A stretch of DNA of 64,000 nucleotides from Hydrurus foetidus (taxonomy: Eukaryota): the NCBI GenBank assembly GCA_900617105.1, contig UYFQ01000779.1, positions 62,001 through 126,000 on the forward strand, in the 5' to 3' direction. A program made the translations under genes and the position numbers. Shown here piece by piece: positions 56,294 to 64,000 of this stretch. Numbering within the stretch: the stretch's first letter is position 1; every line of letters begins with the position of its first letter. The notes below the pieces were generated by a model, which saw only the letters and a program-made list of their open reading frames with translations, was not told where the DNA came from and made no database searches.

Positions 56294-59200
56294 ATGCTTC
56301 TAATGCAAATACATTATACAGCATTTTATTGTTAGCCTTTTTCTATTCCTGTTTGGCAAAGCTGTTAAATCTCAAGATAAAATAATTGGCTTTAATGGCA
56401 GTGGCGGGTTATTCAATCATCAAGGAAATAGTTATAGCATTAATACTGATGGTAGCAACTATCAAATTAATGCAACGTTTCCTTACATACCAGCAAACCC
56501 AAACGATGTTGTTGATGGTAATAATGGATATATCTATTCTGTAGTTGGAGATGGCTATTACAGACCTACTTATATTTTGAAAATAAAGTATGATGGCAGT
56601 GATTATAAAGAAGTAAAAAATTTACTCAATCAACCGATGGTGGTTCTATACGATACAGACCTGTTATAGGTTCTGATGGATTTATGTATGGTATTTGTGA
56701 AACTGGGGATTGAATAACACAGGAACTATCTGGAAAATTAAACTTGATGGAACAATGTTTTCTGTCATTTATAATTTTCCTGCAACAACAGGCAGTGGTC
56801 AAAGCTATCTTGGTTTTATGCCAATATTGACTATAATGGAACAAACGGAAGTTTAACTTTTGGCTTAGATGGAAAGCTTTATGGTGTTTGTGGTGGCGGT
56901 TCTTATGGTGCCCATATTTTTAGATTAAATACAAATGGTTCAGTTTTAGTGTTTTAATACACGGTACAGGATACAACAACTCACCTATTTCTGGTAGTGG
57001 TGTTGTAGCACCACTAGTTTTAGGAAGTGATGGTAACTTTTATGGCTGTTTTCCAGGCGGTGGTTTAATTGATTTTGCAGGTGGTAAAGGAGTAGCTTTT
57101 CGGTTTAATCCAACATCTGGTTCATATAATGTTATTCATTATTTTGCTACTAATGGATTAGAGGGTAGTAGGCCTTGGGGCGTTGCTGAAGGGCCAGGTG
57201 GATACATCTATGGTGTGTGTTATAATTTAGGAATTCCAAATGGTATAGAAACAGACCACGAACATTGTGGAAAGTTGCCAAAGATGGTAGTGGGTTTACA
57301 GTACTAAAACAATTTGCAGCAGCAGAAACTGGCACTGGTGTTAATTATAAAATTATTAGTGGGTTAAATAATAAAATCTATTTTTCTACAAGAAGTTGGG
57401 GTTTATCGGCAAGTACTGGCTTGGGTTGTTTAATGTCAATTAATCCAAATGGAACTGAATTCAGAGTTATCAAAAATGATTTTGAAGGATTATCTGCACC
57501 ACAAAGTTTCTTTTACAGACAAGATGGTATGGAAAATACTTTTATGGTTTATGCACATCAACAGCTTCCTATATCTGTAAAATGGATACATCGGGCAAAA
57601 ATTTCAACCCATACTTGGTTTTGATGGTTATTATAAAGGAAGTGGTTCACGCACAAAGCCTTTGTATGTAAATGATAATTCATCTCCTCAAAATGGAAAA
57701 ACATTTGGTTTAGTAGGCGGTTCGTTCACTTATGCTTCAGGTGATTTGTTTGTTTATCATCATAATACATCAATAAATAAGCTCCCAGATTTTGTGAGCT
57801 ATATGCGTAATTACGATGAAAATTTTAGAGGATTTGTTTCAAGTTCTGCAACACCACTATTGGCAAGTGATGGCAACTTTATTTAACCTACACAAAAGTT
57901 GGTCCTGTAACTTATTCAACAGATACACAATGCATCGCTAAACTAAACCCAACAATTGGATCGCAACCAACCATTATTAGAAAATTTTATTTTGTAACAG
58001 CTCCACGCCTTATAACATTGCCTCTAATTTATTGGAAGGTGCTGATGGATATATTTATGGCGTAATGAGTTCTGGTGGTGATAATTCAAGAGGTGCCATT
58101 TTTAAAATGCAGAAAGATGGTTCTAATTATACCATTATATATCAAATTTCAGGAGGTGTTTATGCACCATCAAGAGTGATACAAGACGCAGCAACTTCAA
58201 AATTAATTTTCTCTGGCAGTTATGGTATATTTAGTTTAAATACTGATGGCTCAGGCTATACACCACTTTCTATTCCTGGTGTTACCAACGATGGAATTGT
58301 TTTACAAAATGATACTATTTATGGGGTGCAAAACAGTTTTTCGAGTTTTAACATTTACAAGGTTCATAAAACTGGCACTGGTTATACTATATTAAAAATT
58401 TTACAGGAATTTCAGAAGGTCGTTATCCTAATACTGAATTAACTATTGGTACAGATGGATATATTTATGGCACTTGTAGCAATGGTGGAGCTTATGATTA
58501 TGGTGTGCTATATAAGATAAATAAAAATGGAGGTAATTTTTCGATATTAAAGCATTTTAATTATAATGCTTCAACTGCTGGCGATGGCTACAACCCAGGT
58601 CCAGTAACATTTGCACCTTGTACAGCACCCAACAATGCTACTAACATCTCATTTTAGTGGCAGCACAGGAAATGCCATAACATTAGGTGGTTTTCTGCTC
58701 CTGAAACAGAGCAATAGGTTATGTAATAAAGATGAATACAACCAATGCTTTCAGTGATATGGTTGATGGAGTAAATCCAACAGCTTTGGTGTATGGAAGT
58801 GGTGAACAAGTAATTTATAATGGAACAACTATTCCAACAGCATTGACAGTAACAGGCTTAACTGCAAATACAACCTATTATTTTAAAGTATATGCTTATG
58901 CTTGTAATGCACGTTTTATAGCAATCAAAACACCACAGGAAATCCTGCACAATACAGAACACAACCAACAGGTATAGAGAGTGAGAGGCAGGATGATGCA
59001 TTGCAATGGCATCAATCAATATGCAGATGCTGGCGATATCAATGCTCTTGAAAGCAATAGTGCATTGAGTTTTGGTGGCTGGGTTAAGCTTCTGCATTCC
59101 CAACAACAATACTTACTCAAAAATCAATTATTTGCAAAGGCGATGGCGTTAATGCAACTTCAACTTCTTTCTACCTAAAAATGTATTTAGATGAGTCTGA

Positions 59201-61405
59201 TAGCAAAGTAAAATTAAGTGCAGGTATTTCTGTTGCAGGGTTAATATCACCAATAAATCTAGAGATTGATTCTTCTCACTTTAGAATAAATCAATGGAGC
59301 CACGTATTTGTTAGTTGGCAATCTGGAGAAACTCATCAAGCTTTATGTAAATGGAAAACTGGTAGCACAAAGTTTTACAACAATTACAGGAAGTGTTACT
59401 AACACAAATTCTCCTTTGCGTTTGGGTAGTAGCACAGCAACCTCTGAGCAAACCTGGAGTGGAGACTTAGAAGAATTACAATTTTATAGTGCCAAACTAT
59501 CCTTGTGTGAAATTAGACAAAGAATGCATAACACTTTATCTGGAGGTGAGAATGGATTGATTTCTTACTATCAGTTTAATGATGCTATATCAACACCTGC
59601 TTTTTCTGACGTAATTAGTATGCACAATGCGAATAGAGTAAATGCAGTTACAAATCCTATAAGCGACCTTGCTGTTGCTGGTGGTAATAGTTTTGCGATG
59701 CTGTATACAACTAATTTATTCTCTACTTATGCAGCTTACGATTTATCCAATTCATTTGGTTTAAATTTTCCATCAGATGTTCCTAATGGCGATATCAATA
59801 TTTCTTACTTAACAGAAAATCCTGTGGGAGGTTTACCAGCTACTGGCAGCAATGTAATAACTGGCTATTGGATTGTAAATAATTTTGGAACAAACACAAC
59901 TAATCTTAATGCAACAGTTAGTTTGAGATTACCAGATGGCATCATTACAGATACCACTTTATCACATTATACTTTGTTTAAAGAGGTTCTGTTTCTATGG
60001 TGCTTGGACATCTTATCAATTACCGCAATTAGTTTAGCAACAGGTAATAATGCTATTTCAATAACAGGCATACAAGACTTTAGTCAATTTGTTTTAATAA
60101 ATACATTCTCTGCACCGGCACCAACTGTAAGTATTTTTCATCAAACTTTAATATCTGTGCAGGTAGTTCATCAACAGTAATTGCTACAGCTACCAATGGT
60201 GGTAGTACACCAACATATAATTTTTAGTCAATGGAACCTCTGTTCAAAATTCAACAAGTAATACATATACTTCATCAAACTTTCATAATGCAGATGTTGT
60301 AACCTGTATAGTATCAAATGGAATATTAACAGCTACAAGCAATACAATCATTTACACAGTTAGGGTTGTACCAACTATTGCAGCCATCACAGGTGCAACA
60401 ACCAATTGCACCATCGGTAGCAGCACAAATTTAAGTTGTGCAACAACTGGTGGAACTTGGACAAGTTATAGCCCAACCATAGCAGCTGTTTCTTTAACAG
60501 GAAGGGTGACAGCAATTGCAAATGGTGGTGCTGCAATTGCATATACAGTTACCAATAGTGCTGGCTGTTCTGCATCATCGACTATAACATATAATGTAGC
60601 ATCCGTTGCAACACTATCACCAACAACTGGTCCGAATGCTGTGTGTGCAGGCTCCTCAATAACATTGGTTAATGCTAGTACTATTCCTGTTGGTGGAACT
60701 GGAGTTTGGAGTTCGTGCAATCACCAATGTATCTGTCGGTGCTGCAACAGGCGTTATATTAGGAACAAATGCAACAAATACTGCAATAATAAAATATACA
60801 GTAACGTCCGCACTTGGTTGCAACAATTCTACAAACTATAATATTACTGTAAATGCAATACCAAATGTTCCTACAATTCAGTATGCACCTGGTACACTTG
60901 ATCCACAAAGTGGTGCTCCAAGGGTAGTTTTGTGCAAATAGAACCTTTACAGTTGTTGGTATTCCAAGTGGTGGTTTATGGAGCAGTACAGGAAATATTA
61001 GTGTTAGCAGCACAACTGGTATTGCAACAACAAGCTCAACAATAGGTGCAGGTAGTTTAACTTATAGATACACTAATCCATTTGGTTGTAGCAATAGCAG
61101 AACAATGGTTGGAAGTGTTTTATTTGTGCTAGTGCTAGAGGGTAAATACAGTTGACAGTCAACCGTTGACCGTCGACCGTTTTACAATATATCCTAATCC
61201 AGCAAAATATTGTCTCAATTCAAGTTGATAAATTAATAACCGATGGTCAAATTATAATAACTGATTTATATGGAAAAACACTTAAATCGCAACCATTAAG
61301 TATTGGAAAAATAATATAGATGTAAGTAGGTTTAGTAAAGGATTATACTTCGTAAACATCACAACAAATCAAAACCGACAAACAGAAAAACTTGTAATCG
61401 AATAA
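56294..61405 (+). CDS. Large T9SS cargo: GloVer (Gloeo_Verruco) repeats, FN3-like, LamG, Ig-like and C-terminal sorting domain
   Basis: At least 8 repeats like L..G.DG.LYG...GG...G.IFK...DGS.Y..L; TGLTANTTYYFKVYA; LYVNG...G.LEELQFY; CTD FTIYPNPA...ITDLYGK...KGLYFV...EKLVIE. Confidence 0.85.
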
Positions 61406-61511
61406 TTAGGATCAATAGGGGTTTATAAGTTCTGGCTAGTCTTGGTCGGAACTTTTTGTTTTGCACTAGCTCAAATTCTAAACTGTAAACCTCTGCTATT
61501 ATATTTGCTCT

Positions 61512-62693
61512 ATGTTAACCATTAGCCAACGTGGGCAACAAATGCCTGCATCTCCTATACGAAAATTAGTTCCTATGCCGAAGCTGCAAAAAGAGGAACT
61601 AAAGTTTATCATCTCAATATTGGACAGCCCGATATTGAAACCCTAAGATGGTTTTAGATGCTGTGCGTAACAGCGATTTTAAAGTGCTAGAATATAGCCA
61701 TAGTGCAGGTAACGAAAGCTACAGAAGAAAACTGGTTGGCTATTACGAAAGTGTTGGCATTAATGTAAACCACCATCAAATTATCATTACAACTGGTGGC
61801 AGCGAAGCTATTCTTTTGCTTTTATGGCTTGTATGGATGCTGGGGATGAAGTAATCATTCCAGAGCCGTTTTATGCTAACTATAATGGATTTGCTGTTGC
61901 AGCAGGTGTAAATGTTATTGCCAATTACATCTCACAGAAAATGGATTTGCTTTACCATCAATTGAAGAGTTTGAAAAGAAGGTAACATCAAAACAAAGGC
62001 AATTGTTATTTGCAATCCTAATAATCAACAGGCTATTTATACACTGCCGAGGAAATGGAAGCATTAAAGCAGTTAATAACAAAACACAATCTTTATTTGT
62101 TTAGCGACGAGCCTACAGAGAGTTTTGTTATGATGGAAAACAAATTAGTGCAATGCACTTAACTGGTGTTGATGATAATGTGGTGATGATGGATACCATT
62201 AGCAAAGATACAGTGCTTGTGGTGGCAGAATTGGTGCTTTGGTTACAAAAACCAAGCATTGCTTGATGCTGTTATGAAGTTTGCACAAGCAGATTAAGCC
62301 CACCAAGCTTTGCACAAATTGCAGGAGAAGCAGCCATTGATTTACCAGCAAATTATTTTGATACCACCAAAGCAGAATACCAATCTAGAAGAGATTTAAT
62401 TGTTAAAGATTGAATGCAATGGAGGATGTATTTTGCCCTAACCCTGGTGGTGCATTTTATGCCATTGCAAAGCTGCCTATTGATGATAGTGATAAATTTT
62501 GCTAATGGTTATTAGAAAGTTTTAATTATAAAGGAGCAACAGTGATGCTTGCACCTGCAACAGGTTTTATGGAACAGCAGGTTTAGGAAACAAGTTAGAT
62601 TAGCATACGTTTTAAAACTAGATGATATTAATGCTGCAATGGATTGTTTAGAACAAGCATTGGTTTATCTAATAAAATTTGATACTGAGTTTA
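61512..62693 (+). CDS. PLP-dependent aminotransferase, class I/II
   Basis: LNIGQPD, TTGGSEA, ICNPNN, SDE.Y, DTISKRYSACG.RIG, GAFY. Confidence 0.92.
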
Positions 62694-62700
62694 AAAAACA

Positions 62701-62733
62701 CAAAAAGCGTCTTCAATTGAGGACGCTTTCTTT
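62701..62733 (+). terminator. Intrinsic terminator after the aminotransferase
   Basis: AAAGCGTCTTCA-AT-TGAGGACGCTTT followed by a T-rich tail. Confidence 0.8.
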
Positions 62734-62757
62734 ATATCAAATTAATCTTTGCTTGGG

Positions 62758-63162
62758 TTTATCTGTTGTTTTAAAACATAAAACAACAAAATGGAGAAAC
62801 TGTTTGCACGTTTACAGCCCAAAGACACGTTTACAGCCAAACTGCGTGTTAACACATTTCTCCTTGTCTACTCAAACCTAATTTTTAGATTGCAATCAGT
62901 TTAGCAATAAACACTAAACTATTAGCTCTTTAAAGGGGATTTTTTATGGCTTTTTGGTTTGGCGGAATCTACCTAATAATTGTTTTATCTGGTGTTTAGA
63001 AATACAAAAACAGCAAAATGGAGAAACTGTTTGCACGGTTACACCCTAAAACGACACGGTTACAGCCAAAACTGCACGTTAACAAACTGCTACTTTTTGT
63101 ATTGAACCATTTTTACATTGCCATCAGTTTAGCAGTATACACTAAACTATTAGTTCTTTAAA
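62758..63162 (+). repeat. Two diverged direct repeats of ~180 bp (62758-62934 and 62984-63162)
   Basis: Both contain CAAAATGGAGAAACTGTTTGCACG, three CACGkTTACA-like boxes and ATCAGTTTAGCA.TA.ACACTAAACTATTAG.TCTTTAAA. Confidence 0.9.
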
Positions 63163-63229
63163 AGTGCGGTTTATTTTGTTTAGCAATCAACAAATTTAAA
63201 CAAAGCTAACAAATCGGTTGATGCCTCTG

Positions 63230-63390
63230 GCAAAACGCCAGAGTTGGCTTGTAAACAGCAAACCCACCAAAAGATTGCTAGGTGCTTCAAACGTAATTGT
63301 TAGGGCAATTTGGCGAAACGCTGGCAAGCTCTAGCAAAACGCTAGAGTGGTTTGCAAGTTGTTGGGAAAGTCAAGCAAAACGCTGGAAAC
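63230..63390 (+). repeat. Degenerate 21-bp-periodic array (GCAAAACGC core)
   Basis: Cores at 63230, 63251 (GTAAACAGC), 63313 (GCGAAACGC), 63334 and 63375. Confidence 0.65.
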
Positions 63391-63467
63391 AGCAAATGAA
63401 ACAGTGGGTGAAGAAAATAATATATAAAAATTTGAAAATCAATATTTAATAACAATTAAAACAAAAA

Positions 63468-64000
63468 ATGAGTGATTTTATTCAGGACAAGAAGCAGAAA
63501 AGTAAAATGGTACGACAACCTAAGTAGCAAAGCAGGCACACAAGGCACAGCATTGGGCTTAAATGCAGCACAGGTTACCGAATTGCAAAGCATTTGCAGC
63601 GGCATTAAAACCGCTATAAAGGCAAGTGGCGATGCACAAACTGCTGCACAAACTGCAAAAACAGCGAAGGACCAAAAATTAGTGATGGCGAAAAGCAACT
63701 TAGGGTATTTATTAGAACCATTAAAGCTAGCAGTGGCTACAGCGATGCTGTGGCTAAGGATTTTTGATTGTTGGTGAAAGCGTTTTTGACCCTGGCACGT
63801 ATAAGCCTATTATTAAAGCCAGGTAATGCCTGGCAGGGTGGTGATAGAATTTGTAAAAAGCAAATTAGAAGGCGTAAATGTTTATGTGCGATTAAAAGGA
63901 CAAAGTTTATAGACCAAACTTGCTTACGACAGCTATAGCCCTTATGAAGATAACCGACCATTAGCTGTTGCCAACACCCCAGAACATCGAGTATATGGCA
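63468..64000 (+). CDS. Conserved hypothetical protein, helical N-terminus plus Ig/FN3-like C-terminus (3' truncated)
   Basis: Joined frames: MSDFI...KWYDNL...LGL...IRTIKASSGYSDAVAKDF...KP.IK...EGVNVYVRLKG...DSYSPYEDNRPLAVANTPEHRE. No signal peptide. Confidence 0.75.

Noticed and set aside
62758..63390. CRISPR array
   Set aside because: The repeats are degenerate, the period is about 21 or 227 bp rather than about 60-75 bp, there are no unique 30-40 bp spacers between identical repeats, and no cas genes are in the window.

Overview
AT-rich bacterial chromosomal segment from a Bacteroidota genome, most consistent with Chitinophagaceae (TAnnTTTG -7 promoters, no Shine-Dalgarno sites, T9SS genes). 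Almost every gene is broken by 1-bp deletions, mostly in homopolymers, as expected for an under-polished long-read assembly. Gene limits were therefore rebuilt by joining frames by eye and are approximate. The window holds about 55 genes: a stand-alone PBP2, kdsB, a wHTH/CreD/DgkA/DUF1361 envelope operon with two palindromic operators, a C-terminal-only MetH, a MarR/acyl-CoA dehydrogenase unit, an ABC-F, an amidase, PorV-like and DsbD genes, a DoxX-like/DUF2071/methyltransferase cluster, kup, an rpoC with no rpoB upstream, holB, an alpha-2-macroglobulin without pbpC, a GlxA divergon, a kinase/LytTR locus flanked by secreted proteins (including a ~1700-aa GloVer-repeat T9SS cargo) and an aminotransferase. 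The last 1.3 kb is the least explained part: a duplicated ~180-bp module with ~20-bp-phased repeats and a hairpin, a second 21-bp-periodic array, and an uncharacterised gene. I saw no rRNA, tRNA, CRISPR array or transposase.
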